64,000 bases of DNA from Podarcis bocagei (lineage: Eukaryota): the NCBI GenBank assembly GCA_964188305.1, contig OZ076885.1. One strand, written 5' to 3'. The translations under genes were made by a program, and so were the position numbers. The notes beneath the pieces were generated by a model, which saw only the letters and a list, made by a program, of their open reading frames with translations, did not search any database and was not told the origin of the DNA. This document shows positions 46,601 to 61,600 of this stretch, piece by piece (positions within the stretch are counted from its first letter, which is position 1; each line of letters begins with the position of its first letter).

Positions 46601-49600
46601 CCGTGTAAGAAACCAATTTTTCTACTTCCTGATATGACAGGTTATTTATTAGGCAAAAGGGTTTAAGGCATACACACATTTTAAATGGACACATGTCCTG
46701 ACCTCACACAAAAGGCGACCCATATACAGGGTGGTACACCTCGTGACATTGCCAGCAGGATAAAGCTGAGAAGTATGGGAAGTAACAGGTTGCACTATGG
46801 GAACTATGGAAAACAGCTCCTACTCTGCTTCTTTTCCCTATGAATTTCATAGGAAAATAGTACTGCTTTCTAGTATTGATCTCCAACAGTTAAGAGTGCT
46901 GTGTACGATAGGCACAGGTCTTACATAAATCAGAGGGCATCAATTCTTCTTACTGGTTAAAAATAGATTTAATCTAGGTAAGAGAAATGGAAATAACTGA
47001 CCTACAACCATACTTATATGTGCTGGTTATTTTATCCTTAAGAAAAGTGTTTAAATCTTTAATGTTCATTATGTATTTTAAGTGAACGCTCTAAATTGTC
47101 AGAGGAAGTTTAAGATTGCTGAGTGTAGTCGAATATTATAAAGACACAGTTACCAATACATTACCTGCAAACTATATCCTGCACAAAGTCTGGCCTTTAT
47201 GCACAAGGGATTCAGATGTATTGCTCTTGCGAAATCTTTCTGGGCTTGTCTGGTACCTTTCTCATGACCATATTCCAGATATGCATTTCCTCGTCCAATA
47301 TAGCCATCCAGAGAAAAGGGATCTAATTTAATAACCTTTGAAAATGACTGCACAGCTTCTTCGTATTTCTGAAGTCTGAAAATCAATACACATTTGAAAT
47401 TAAGTGTTTTATTAGCAACATTTGATATTATATACTTTACAATGGACCATAAAGAAGGCTGATCGCCGAAGAATTGATGCTTTTGAATTATGGAGGAGAC
47501 TCTTGAGAGTCCCATGGACTGCAAGAAGATCAAACCTCTCCATTCTTAAGGAAATCAGCCCTGAGTGCTCACTGGAAGGACAGATCGTGAAACTGAGGCT
47601 CCAATACTTTGGCCACCTTATGAGAAGAGAAGACTCCCTGGAAAAGACCCTGATGTTGGGAAAGATGGAGGGCACAAGGAGAAGGGGACAACAGATGATG
47701 AGATAGTTGGATAGTGTCTTTGAAGCTACCAGCATGAATTTGACCAAACTGCGGGAGGCAGTGGAGGACAGGGGTGCCTGGCGTGCTCTGGTCCATGGGG
47801 TCACAAAGAGTCGGACACGACTAAATGACTAAACAACAACAACTTTACAATGAGTGAACAAGCAATGGTGCAGAAACCAGGACCATAAATATAATTTGTA
47901 GCCAAAACATCCCTCTCATTTTTGTATAATGCATTCTCACGTGGCTTATTTTGGCATGGTTTATAGTATTTATTTCACCATCTATATTCCTTTTTCAAGC
48001 ATGAGTCACATATTGTGCTGATCATGTGAACTTGTTCAGAAACAGACCAAAGCAGCATTTTTCTTATTGTAAATATCCTGTTCTGGATACAGGGGCAGAT
48101 TAGAACTTTGCCTTTAAAATCTGATCTATGTGCTGTTCAGGCTGTTACCGCCCACCACCATCTGACTGATCTCCTTCGTCTTCTATGGGAAGCTTCTCTG
48201 AGACTTGGTGGGGGAAGCTGAGCATGAAGAACTAAGTTTCCTTATATACTATACAGTCCAACCTGAAATGGAAGGTGCTCCCTGATTGCTGTTCCTTTTA
48301 ATTAACTAAACTTTCTGTAGAGGTGGGGAGCCCTCTGAGGAAACAAGCTCCAAATCACTGTCTCCCATTTGCAGCCTATCCAGAGTGGAAGAGGGGTTGA
48401 AGAATAGCTGCTCTTTTCACACGCTTTCTGTGCCCTTCCTGAACTGCAGAGCAGACTACAGCATCCCCACTCTGGTTGGACCAGCCCTGGAGAAAAGGCA
48501 ATGGTGGGAGAACAGCCTCCAGGAATTTTTGCACTGCTGCCACTGCCCAGCTAGCATGCTAAAAGGATTCCACACTGATCTGGCCCTAGGTGAAAAGCTT
48601 ATGGGAAAGAGCAGAGCCTACAGGGCCTAAGAACTAAAAGCACACAAGAAATCCATTCAACCTCTTGCTTGGGAAACCACCCATTGCAACTGAAATGTTC
48701 CTCAACTTCTGCTTTGCCAACTCTATTGTAAACCATGACTTCAAAACATTTATTCTAAATCCCTACTGTTCAGTATTATTACCTATGACAGCAGTGTCCA
48801 ATATTTTGAAATAGTTTACCGTCTTTTGGCTTACTCAGTGCTACTTCTGCAAAGTCCTAAAAACAGAGAAAGAAAATATGTGTGATGCACCCAGCACTGA
48901 CATCACAGGCATCATCCATTAAGTGCCTATAATGCTAGCACATTGCTCATATCCACAGCTGTGAGTGGAAACCAGCACTTTCTGAGAAAAAAGGAAGTTT
49001 TTAATTTTTATTTTAAGTATGTATATCCCATCATTAATCCAGAGATCTCAGTGCAGGGAACAGTAAGTCTGCAATAAATAACAATCAACAGCAATTAAAA
49101 CATGGCACATGGACCAGATATAAAGCAACTAACTCAGCATAGAATCAGTCACAGTCCCCAAACATCTTTGTAAATAGCCAGGTTTCAGACTGTTATTAGA
49201 ATAACATCAGTCCAGACATGCATTCCCATCAAGAACAAGTCATCCACCCAGTCCCCTGATATTGGAAACATCTAACCAGAGCATTTTCAGTCCAGATTCA
49301 TTTCCCAGTTACTAGACCTCATCTAGCCAACCACAGCAGCCAGACACCAGATGTACAAGAGAGCCAGTGTGGTGTAGTGGTTAAGAGCAGTAGTCACGTA
49401 ATCTGGGGAACCGGGTTCGCGTCTCCGCTCCTCCACATGCAGCTGCTGGGTGACCTTGGGCCAGTCACACTTCTTTGAAGTCTCTCAGCCCCACTCACCT
49501 CACAGAGTGTTTGTTGTGGGGGAGGAAGGGAAAGGAGATTGTTAGCTGCTTTGAGACTCCTGAAGGGGAGTGAAAGGCGGGATATCAAATCCAAACTCTT

Positions 49601-52600
49601 CTTCATCCAAATCCAAACTGCACGTCTTCAGCTAACTCAGATAACATGAAGAAACACAGCTGGGTGTCATCTGCATATTGATAGCATCCAAATCACCTCA
49701 GCCAGCAGCTCCATATAGATGTAGCATTGGGGACAAAATAGAATCCTATGCGACCCCTCAAACCAATTTACATGGGGCTGAGTAGAAGCCACACACTTCC
49801 CACCCTCTGGAATCGGCCCTTTGGTTAGGACTGGAACCATCACACCACGGTGCCTAATACCCTCAGTACATAAAGTCATTCCAATAAAATGCAGATCTAG
49901 GAGAATCAACAGAGCTGCACTCTCTCACTACAGAAAGAAGTCGTCCGTCAGGGAGACCAAAGCCAAACTGGGGCCTAAAGACAGAATGAAGTGAATCTAG
50001 ATAAACAGCCGTCACCAAGAATATCTGAAGCTGACTGGTCACCACCCTCTTGAGTGCCTAAGCAACTAGGCTATATTCAGAATAGACCTACTGAAAGTAA
50101 CAGGACATGACTAAGTTAGGTCTGTACCTCTAGTGCATTAGCATGTTGGTTCAAATCTACATAGAGTAAGGCACGGTTGATCAACACTTTCAGAACAATG
50201 TCCTTGCTGGGCTCAAGAAGAAGAACAATCCCATAATCTTTCAAAGCCTGTAAAAATACACACAGTAACTGGTAAATAGTGCAAAATATGGAATCTCATT
50301 ATCCTGTATAAAAACATTCTAATCTTCCCATCTGATTAATTACCTGTTTGCTTTTCAAAGAAATAAAGCAGGGTGGAGAAGCCTGTGGCCCTTCAGATGG
50401 TACAGAGTGAGCTGCAACTCCAACCCACCCTGACTATTAGCCATGCGGACTGTGGCTGATGGGAGCCAACAAATTCTGAAGGGTCAGAGGTTCCCCATTC
50501 CTGGAATAAAGGCTTGAGAAATGTGGCTTATATTATATAACTTTACTAGGGTGTCTAACAAAGAATTAAATGTACAATTTTCCAAGTTTCAGCAAAGTTC
50601 AGAGAAAATAATTAATTTTCAGTATTTTGTTTTATCCTTAGTTTCATGAACTATAGTGACTATAAAGTTTGCTGTTATGAAATACAAGGGAGAAATAGAT
50701 TAAGAATAAATTTGGCATAGCTAAAAGCAATTCATTCTTCCCAACCTGACGATTTGGGGAAAGAAAAGGACCTTAACCATGGCACTGTAGCTGACAGGAG
50801 TGCCTTGAGCGACCCTTGGAAGTCAGTTTATCATCAAAACTACAAGATGATATCATGGACCTTGGAATTTCCCAATTGCACCATCTGCTTAATCACAAGA
50901 CTATTGATTTTGTACTACCTCTGGTCATCTTAGTAAATCTGTCTTTAACTGCAGTAGTTACATGTGTCTGATTAAGTTTTATTGGTTAAGTAATTTTTAT
51001 TGGTTTTCACAGAATGTCTGATAAAGTTAAGAAAAAATACAGCAAATTAAGAAAAATATAGCATTTAAGTAAGTTTTTTAAAATGCAGGTTTTTTTCTTT
51101 CACTGAATTTGCACATTCAGCAAATCTTTTATGAACCAACCATCAAAGTATTCCTCATATGGGGTACAAAGGTAGGGAAACAGTTAAGACCAGTGGGTTT
51201 TGTGGGGGGAATTGCCTATGCAAATTAGCGTATTTAGCGTAATTTGTGCATAGGAAATTTTTCAGTGTGCATATTTAGGAAACAAGGCCAAAAATTTTGA
51301 AACCTCTAAGCTTGCCTAATATTGTATTTGCAACTGGCATCCATTCATTTAACTAATAAACTTATGAAACAGAAAGGTTTCCATGGAAAAGCAAAACATT
51401 GGAAAATTTACATTTTGGAAAAATTTACATCCGACATCACTGGCTAGAATATTCATACACTAATAGGCTTGGGATGTAAATACTGAAAATGCAAGTAAAA
51501 GCAACTGGCACTTTTTGCTGTCAAATATTGGCATCATGACAACAACAAAGCTAAAATGAACACAGAAAGGCAGAACAACCACTTGTCATTTGCCATATTA
51601 AATGTGCTTTTGCAATCATCTATTCGCATCACTGTGGGTTTTTAAGGTGTGCAAGGGTCTGTCAATGTGATGATAAATTCATAAAATCATAGAATAGCCT
51701 TCCCCCAACTTGGTGCCCTTCATCTATTAAGTAACTCCCATAATCTCTGAGCGTTGACCATGCTATCTGAGGCTGATGCCATGTTAGGGAAAGCTACCAC
51801 AAGGATCCAAATGCAGAGGCCGTTACCAACAAAGTAACACAGTGTGAAGCTCCCCTTCACACTGTGAAGAGCTCAATGCAAATGCTACAATGTACACAGA
51901 ACTCTAGACTGATGTTAGTAAACACAGTAAGTGAACAAATGTCATAAACTGGGAAAAGGCATGATAATTAAAAATAAAAGCAGGACATTCAGATTCAGAA
52001 ATAGAGGTAAAGCAATTGAAAAGTATTATGTGACTGCCCTTTAAAAAAGAAACATACATTTTTGCTGTCCTTCAAGCAGTGGTAAGAAAGTGCTCTATTG
52101 TAATATGCCAAAATGCAACCATTGTCTAGGTCTATAGCTTTACTTAAATCTTCAACGGCATGTTTGTAAGTCTGTAGGAAAAAAATGACATGGCATTAGT
52201 CATATTACCTAAACTCATCAAATAATCTGTATAAATGAATATCGCTACACATTCCTCTATATGTAATCCTGTGTTGGCAGGTTTTCTATTGATATCTGTT
52301 GAAGTTTATAAAATTATGAAGGTGAAAACAGCGGAGAGAATTTTTCTCTTTCATAATACAAGTGGTCATTCAGTGAAGTTACCTGGCAGGAGATTAAGGA
52401 CAACATTTCTTCACACAAGGTATAATTAATTTATGGACTTCACCACCATAAGACATAGTGATGGCCAGCAGGTTATAGGGCTTTAAGAATAGTTAGATAG
52501 AAAAATAGATATAGGAGGCAGAACAGATCTAACCAAGCCTATTAATCAAGCTTGATATTCAAAGGCAGAATACATATATGTTACCTGATGCTGGAAACAG

Positions 52601-55600
52601 AGAATGACCATCACCTATTGCCTGCTTGTAGTGGCATGTGTCTCAAAAAAATCAAAGCAGATTTTTGTCTGATCCAGCAATGCAATTCTTTTGGGAAAAG
52701 CACCCTGAGATTTTCAGGGATTGGACAGATGAAAGGAGCAGAAGTTTATAAGCTTCACAGGGCTCTTTTCTTTTAAAGTATTACCTCACCTATATTAGCT
52801 CATACTGTCTCCCTAAAACAGTTACCAATGTAACTGTTATAGTTATAGTTATAGTTATTTTTAAAACAAACAAACCAACAAACACTTATGTCCACTTTCA
52901 TGACACGAAAGTGTGCTATTTCTTACAAGTGGCAATTATTATTAAACTATGGGAGGAATTCAACATTGTACTCATGTGATTGTTATGTCAGAGCAAGCAT
53001 TTTGGCTTGGCAAAGGAACAATCCCCCTCTCCTCCTGCCCCCCGTGCACTGTTTTGGGGATTCCACCCCCCAAAAAATGAACCAATTTCAGGGGAACAAG
53101 CAGCAGGGGTGGGGACTTGTTGTGCAAGGGGAAACTGGGCTTCTATTGACATTGAATCCCACCCTATATTTCAAGAATATGTTCATTTAAGGCTGATTAC
53201 TACATTGGTGTGTTAATCATAAGTTTTCGATTCTTCTTTAAAATGAGCAGCAGTGTACTCAAAACATCTGTCTTTACCTGCAAAAGGCAGCATACTTCAT
53301 CACAAAAAACATAAGGCAACATTTTTACCCTGTTATAAAACTTCAGTGCTCCTCTAGAAAGATAGGCTCTCACGCTAGTAGGCTGAATTCTGAGGGCTTC
53401 ATTGCAATTCATTATTCCCTTGGAGAATCTTCCTTTGCATCCATAGTAAGCAGCACGGCTTAAATATGCCTTTACAAAAGCATTACAGGGGGAAAAACAA
53501 ATACATTTTAGAAGGAAACAAACACCAACAGGCCCAGTACCAGACATTATGCTGCCTGAGATGGCTAGTAATTCTGCTGCTGCTCAGTCTTCTTTATGGT
53601 GCTAGTAAAGCAAACATCCTCCTCTTTCACCCTGCCATCTCCTCATTCCTGCTCCTCCTGTTACCTCACTTTATTTGTTTCTTTGTTTTCTTTTCCTAGA
53701 AGTTTTTCCACTCACCTAGCTCTGAGAAAGACCCAAGGGGGGATCTTCAGAGTGAAGTCCTCTGGGTGAGGTGGCCTGGGTTACAAATAACTTTTAAGAT
53801 TTCTAAATTTAAAACAGCATTTCGGGTTCCAGTGACAAACTACAGCAGCAGTTTAGGCAACCTTCTGGTTACCTTGTCCAGAAGGCCTCACTCTGCAGAA
53901 GGACCCCCTTTTGCATGAGTACCTGGCAAGAGATGTTAAACAGGAATGTAACAGAGGCCTCTAGAAAACTCCTTGCATGCTAATGAATGCTTCTTACTAT
54001 ATAGACACAGAATGCCTACACAGAGGTGTATGTGTTTGGATAGGCAGTGGCGTAGCGTGGGTTGTCAGCACCCGGGGCAAGGCAAGTAATTTGCGCCCCC
54101 TAACCCGTGGATTTGCGCCCCCTAACCTGTGGATTTGCGCCCCCTAACCCTAACCCCCAGATGTTGCGCCCGGTGTGGCCGGCCCCCCCTGCACCCCCAC
54201 ACTATGCCACTGTGGATAGGTAGGGGTGTGGCTAAATGAGCAGGCCTGAAAATTCAGCCCACACCATTGGCCCTGGTATACCACGAAGTAAATTTAATGA
54301 AGACGAACTAGAATCAACTTTTCCAGGGATTTGCAATCTACTATTTTTATTGCTCAGGGACGCGGGTGGCGCTGTGGGTTAAACCACAGAGCCTAGGACT
54401 TGCCGATCAGAAGGTCGGCGGTTCAAATCCCCATGACGGGGTGAGCTCCCGTTGCTCAGTCCCTGCTCCTGCCAACCTAGCAGTTCAAAAGCACGTCAAA
54501 GTGCAAGTAGATAAATAGGTACCGCTCCGGAGGGAAGGTAAACGGTGTTTCCGTGCGCTGCTCTGGTTCGCCAGAAGCGGCTTAGTCATGCTGGCCACAT
54601 GACCCAGAAACTGTACGCCAGCTCCCTTGGCCAATAAAGCGAGATGAGCGCCGCAATCCCACAGTTGGCCACGACTGGACCTAATGGTCAGGGGTCCCTT
54701 TACCTTATTTTTATTGCTAAATGTAGAACATTGAGATAAGATAAGCTCTATTTCAGTATCTCCAAAAATCAAATTTTCAGCATTACCTGAAAATGGTCTG
54801 GTTGAACAGCAAGTGTTTTGTTAAAATCTAATATGCACTTAGGTTGATGGAGCTGCATTCTGCAAAGCCCTCGCTGATAGTATGCATCTGCATAACGTGG
54901 ATATAGCTTGACAGCAGAAGTAAAAGCGTCACAGGCCTAAAAATACAATAAAGTTAGTATTACTAAATACTGCCCTTTGTCTAGACTATATTGTCAAGAA
55001 TATAAAACGTTTACCGCTTTAGGACTTTGTACTGCATGAAATTAGGCAAATGATACCAGTTATGGAGGGATAAATTCCAATGTTTAAATAGGCCTCACAT
55101 TCTGAAAATAGGTTTTAACACTCTTCAAGAGGCCCAGACAGTATCTGTTGTTATATGAGGTAGTAAATAGGACCATTTTTTAGATATTACCAAATTGGCC
55201 ACATATTAACAAAACAGAAGTTTAATGTCTTATTAAGACTTCTAATTGTTATTATCTATCCCAGACAAGACCATTTACTGCCTAATTTTTTCATATTGAC
55301 CCAGTTTGACTATGCTGTAACTGTGATGCTTAGATTAGTTTTTAGTTGCTGGTTTGCTAATGGTGCTATACATATTGTTATTGTTTTACTGATGATTTGT
55401 TAATTTATATAATATGACTTATGTCATACCTGGGATGTATTATTATGTTATTGTTATTTATTGTCTTTGAGCCTCTTTCAGATACGTTTTAATGGAAAGA
55501 GGAATAGAAAATCTAATTAATCAAATCTATCCAATTTGGCCATTTTGTTTACTGCACTTAAATGAACAAGAATATTATCAGCTGTTTGGACATATAATTT

Positions 55601-58600
55601 TAATTCCAATTTAAGGAAATCACTCAACAAACCTTCTTGTTATGGTATGAGGTGAGTGGCCACAAAGAGGGTGGGCGGCTTACTCTTGACAAGCCCTCTT
55701 GATCAAAATATATGCTCTATATTTTTTAGAGAAGTTAGTTACATTGATCAAAGTGAACCATGTCCTGCTGTACCCAGCGCAGGTTTTCACAAGGAGCATA
55801 GTAGAAGTGATCAGTATTTTGTTTTGAACTCTCTTATTCATATAAAACATTTAAAGTTAATTTTCTATAGTATATCAAGGGGGCAGGGGGACATAACATA
55901 TTGAGGAAACACAGACACTTAACTAAATTCTTCAGCACTCATCCCAACAATTTTGCTATGAAAATGCAATGCCAATGAAAAAGAAGGAGGTGATGGTTCA
56001 AATACCAGAATTTACTCTCATAGAGACAGTAAGGTTTTGCCCTCCCATTCTGGCTCCTGTTCAGCCACTGCCACCTTCAGCTCAGACATCTCCTGTGGGT
56101 TGTTAATGCCCTCTTCAGTCCCCAATAAGGCTCTCTGCTCTGCAGGATGGATAGGAAATGGGAGAACCTCCATCCCCAGTTCCTATTATTCACACACCCC
56201 TTCTGCTTCTGCCTCGTCCTCATCAGTCTGAACTTGCCAATCCATGTCTGATCCCAATGGAACCATGGGGTTCAAGACAGAAAATCACTGCAGGGTATTA
56301 TTAATCATGGCAAGTCACAGAGGGGAATTAATTAAAATAATCAATTATGACAATCACAAAGGGGAATGAATCGTAGACAATTATTGAAGGAATTTGAAGG
56401 AATTTAAGAACCAACTGAACGCAGAATCAATTAATATCAATCACACAAACTAGCAAAAGGAATAAAAAAATGTAGACAACCACAGAATTAATTAAGCTTG
56501 TGACACTGGAACAGCCAAGGGAAGATTCCACTTGCCACAAAGATTAGACACACAAAACTAGCTACAGAGACAGAAAAATACAGAGAAATAATTGAGAGAA
56601 TGAATAAAAGGATCCTGAGCACACAGAGCAGAAAACAGAGAAAAGTACAAACCTGAACAACAAAGAAATGCAGAAAGAATTGCTAAGCTATTGCCAGAAA
56701 CAAAAGACAGGAACTTCACTGGGGTTTCTTCTGGGAACAGGCTGCTTAGAAGTTCCTGAGACACAACTGCATTCTTGTCTTCAAGCATTAGAAGTTCAAG
56801 AGTGCCAGCATGGGAGAAGAACAGTGGCAAATTGATAATCCTGTAATCCTAAACATTTGTTGCTTTACCAGATGATGTACTATTGTTATTAATTTATTTA
56901 TTATAAAAATGAATCCCCTACCTATACATATACTAAGCTGATAATAGCTAAAAACATTATTGCAATAGAAGTATAATTGCAACCCATCAATAGCTTGGCT
57001 GGTTGATTAAATATATTCCAGGAATTCAACATGGCGCTAAGGAAAATTATCTTCCCTCTCCTACCCTCACACATTGTTCTGGGAGATCGGCTGACCCTCC
57101 AAAACAGATCTGAGGGAGGTGCACAGGGGAGAGGAGAGGAAGGAAAGCCCTGTTGTGCCAAAGGGAGTCCTTGCATTGGCTTCTCCTCACAGAACGGGGT
57201 AGCTAAATCTTGCCCTTAGTCTCTGTGCCTAGGGTGACACTATCCTAAGAGGTGTGACTGAAGTGCTACTGCCCAATTGGAATAGCCCTGAGGTACCAGC
57301 AGGAGTCTGACCAAACTGCGGGAGGCGGTGAAAGACAGGAGTGCCTGGCGTGCTCTGGTCCATGGAGTCACAAAGCATCGGACACGACTAAACAACTAAA
57401 CAACAACAATCCCCTTCCCTTCAAATTACTTTGTCTGACATGCCTAAGCAAAATTTAACACAGTTTTGGACTTTCAACAAACCACTGAAGAGTATCCCAA
57501 CGCTCAAGTCTTTAACTCATTTCAACTCCACAATCAAAACTTTTGTGTACAATGTTTAAAACCAAAATGCCATAACACTTAAGAAATATGTACCTCTAAT
57601 AAGGAGACTTGCTCCATATAGCACTGGCCCATAAAAAAATATATTTCTGCAGCTTCAAATGTACTAGGTGTAGATCTTGTAGCGGCAGTATCCATCAGCC
57701 GCTTCAATGCTTGTTTAAAACTGGCTACAGCATCCTGTAATAAAAAGTAAGTGTAAAATATAGTTAACTGATGTTTGCAATCCCAGTCCTGAGAGTGATC
57801 GTGCTGCTCAGTTTGCTCAATGGTGAATCAGTCACCCTTTTGAATAACAAAGTGGCCTCCATCTTTTTTTCACCGCAGATATATTTACTTTGTTTTTTTA
57901 AAAAAACAAAGTAAATACCCAACCCTATAGATTCTACACATATGTTTACAATTCTATGCACACTTACTTGGGAGTAAGTTCTATTGAAATCATTAGTTAC
58001 TTCTGAGTAGACATGCATAGGTTTGCTACATTCTTACATATTGTACGTACTGCGGCAAAGAAGACCATGTAATACAGCTCTTTTTTTGGCACCAGGGAAA
58101 GAGGATCTAAGGTTATCCCAGTAATGAAAGCTGGACAGAAATACAAACTTAATGAGTTGAATACATAGCCAGAAAGACTGATTTAGTTGCAGCCAATTGA
58201 CATGTGTCATGGACTAGGCTGTCCAGTTAAAAGAAACAATCCATTTTTACTTCTGCACAGCAAGTAATGATCTAAAACTTGGCCTGCTTTCATCTGGCAC
58301 CTTGAATCCAAAGAGTAATTGCCATTATTTTTCCACATATTTATCAAGTAGGCCCTGGTAAATGTAATCTTCCCAAGTACTGGTGACACCTGAAGTAGCA
58401 CATGGGAAGATTCCATTTTTGAGGGTTTACTTTGGCTTCACAGAACACCAGATATCAGAGAAGCATGGCTTGCTGCCATGGCCAGAGTTAGAGAGGCATC
58501 ATTAACCTCCAAATAGGGTGGAAGGGACGCAGGTGGTGCTGTGGGTTAAACCACAGAGCCTAGGGCTTGCCGATCAGAAGGTCAGCGGTTCGAATCCCCA

Positions 58601-61600
58601 TGATGGAGTGAGCTCCCATTCCTTGGTCCCTGCTCCTGCCAACCTAGCAGTTCGAAAGCACATCAAAGTGCAAGTAGATAAATAGGTACTGCTCCGGTGG
58701 GAAGGTAAACAGCGTTTCCGTGCGCTGCTCTGGTTTGCCAGAAGCGGCTTAGTCATGCTGGCCACATGACCCGGAAGCTGTCTGCGGACAAACACTGGCT
58801 CCCTCGGCCAGTAAAGCGAGATGAGCGCCGCAATCCCAGAGTCATCCGTGACTGGACCTAGCGGTCAGGGGTCCCTTTACCTTTAGGGTGGAAGAGGGTA
58901 TGGGGAAGGCTAGGGGAGATGAGGATAAAAAGGAGAAATTTTCTCTAGTTCAGATTAAAGTCCAAGACAGATAAAAATATAGGGATCATACACAGAGGCC
59001 AGTGAGATTAAATGAGCTCTTGACAAATTAACTATTGAGTGGCAAAGACAGCAGGAAAGAATGGACAACCAGCAGGATGCTGTGTCCCAGCAGAAAATAG
59101 CAAGGAGGAATAGAGATTTAATAAGAAATGAAATAGTCACCAGAACCCATGCAGAATTCTATCAGCCTCACATATTTTCCCTATAGCTTTCAAAAATAGT
59201 TCCCTTCAAAACCGCAGAAATACAAGAGCATATCTTTAACCTTATATTTTTTGGCTTTCATTTGGATTTTTCCAAGTAGAACAAACATGGCACAATCAGG
59301 TTGGTTTTCGGAGGCTGCAAGTGCACACACAATGGCCTTGTTGTGATTCTGACAAAATGACTGAACAAGTGCTTCTTGAACAAGCGAACATTCAAGGGGT
59401 CCTGTAAAATATTGAAGGACAACTTCATTCTGGGCCAACCTATTTATTATTGTGCATTTCAATGTATAAATACAGATATCATAAGAGACAGGCAAGCTTC
59501 ATAGCCAATGTTAATATAAATGTTCAGAATGCCAAAGACTCGTATTAAACTTCTGTTAAAGCACTCGGCATTCAGAGAATACCAGAGTGATGTACAGAAA
59601 CCAAATATAAAGCATAATACAGCAGTGGTTCCCAATTAGCTTATTACTAGTTCTGCATGCTCAACGAGACTTTGAGCTTATATTTCTTAGACAGCCATCA
59701 TACCATTTTATGCCAACAGGGCTTTGCAGCTACTTAATTTTCAATTTTTATTTAGCTAGCCACCTTAACAATTATCTGTATTTTTGTCGTTTTAATGGTG
59801 CATTCATTGTGTTTTAACATTGTGCACCGTCCTGATATTTTGTGATATGGTGGTATAAAACTACTTTTATTTTTAAAAATGTCAGACCATTTTGAACTTG
59901 AGGGGACTCCCCCCCCCCCAACCAAAAAAACACAACTGTGATAGGGTATGAGGGTTTGCTGTTCAAGAAAAGTTCCAGGTGCCCCTGGGCATGCTTCAAG
60001 TAATCCTTTGGACCTGGGCCATAGCTTCACAGTGCACAGAAAGGTAAAACATAGACAGACAGTACCTTGACCCATTTCTGCAACTTGGTGTATGCAGAAA
60101 CTTGCAAGATCATAATTCTGCATCTCTAGTAGATACTGTCCTCTGTAAATGAAGTATTTTAACATACATTAATTGCTTGGAATTTCTATGGAACTATTTA
60201 TTTGTTTTCAAATAGCAACAGAATAACAACAAAGATTTAAATATTTGAGTAAATAAAATTACAGAATATTATCAACTCTTCATTGGCTATACATTCAGCA
60301 ACCTTTTTTAAAAAAAATATTTATACTTTTCAGATATATACAGTTCATTTCGACATTTTAAAACTTGACTTCCTTCCCCCTTTTTGTGCGGTTCCTTAAA
60401 TTTATTTTTACTATCTTCTGCATATGCAAATTAACTTAACGTGCTCATTTATTTATCTTCTTTACATATATATTCTTATATAGCTTCAGGTTATTACAAT
60501 AATCCTGCCAGTGTTTTTATCTGTTTACAATTTACATGTAAATATTCAATAAACCATTTCCATTCTTTTATAAAAAGTTTTATATATTGAGTTCTTATTC
60601 TTCCAATAAGTTTTGCCATTTCTGCATATTCCATAAGTTTTTGTATCCATTCTTCCTTTGCTGGGACTTCTTTTTCCCATTTTTGGGCAAGTAACATTCT
60701 TGCCACTGTAGTCGCGTACAAAAATAAATTTCTATACAATTTAGGTAGTTCTATCCCTATGAATCCCAGAAGAAAGGCTTCTGGGTTTTTCCACAAACAT
60801 TATTTTAAACATCCTTTTCATTTCATTATATATCATTTCCCAGTAAGCCTTAACCTTACTACAAGACCACCACATATTAAAAAAGAACACCATTCAGCAA
60901 CCTTTGCATCATCCCTAATAAAATACCTAAAATATATCTACTAGGAATAAAATGTGCTAATTCACAATATTTATACCCACTCTCTATCTTTATTGACCCT
61001 CAGGGCAAGTTACATAAATAAAATAAATATTAAAATATCCAAAAGAAGCAAATAAAGGACAAATCAATGGACCAAATATATGTAACATAACAGCCTGGAA
61101 AAATAGCTCTTGAGCTGATACTAGAAGTAAAATATTCCATCAGATTCTGACAATCCCACTAATTTGTTTTTAATTTAGGCAAATTTCATTTAGTCAAATA
61201 ACGCCCTAAGAAATTCTATTTATTTATTTATTCAGTTATGCACTGAAGAATCTCAACTATTAAGCCCACTTTAATTAGAGTAGCATTCTTGATGAAAGAA
61301 TAATATTCATCCAGCACTAAAAGACCTAAAAACTAAATTTAAAAGGATACAAACTACTTTGGTAGACCACACATCTGAAATCATAGTGAGGACCTATGAA
61401 GCAGCTGAGTTGTATGCTGCCTTCAAATATGAGTCAATGAAGCCTGAACTTCAGGGCTAATGGAGGGAAGTTGAGTTCAGTCCTCCATCTCCTTCAGAGC
61501 TGAAGCCATTGCAGAAGGTTCTCTTGGGCTGACAGAATGGAATGCAGTGCTCCAGCTTCCATGATGACTTCACAGTCAAAGCAAGGAATTTACAAGGACC

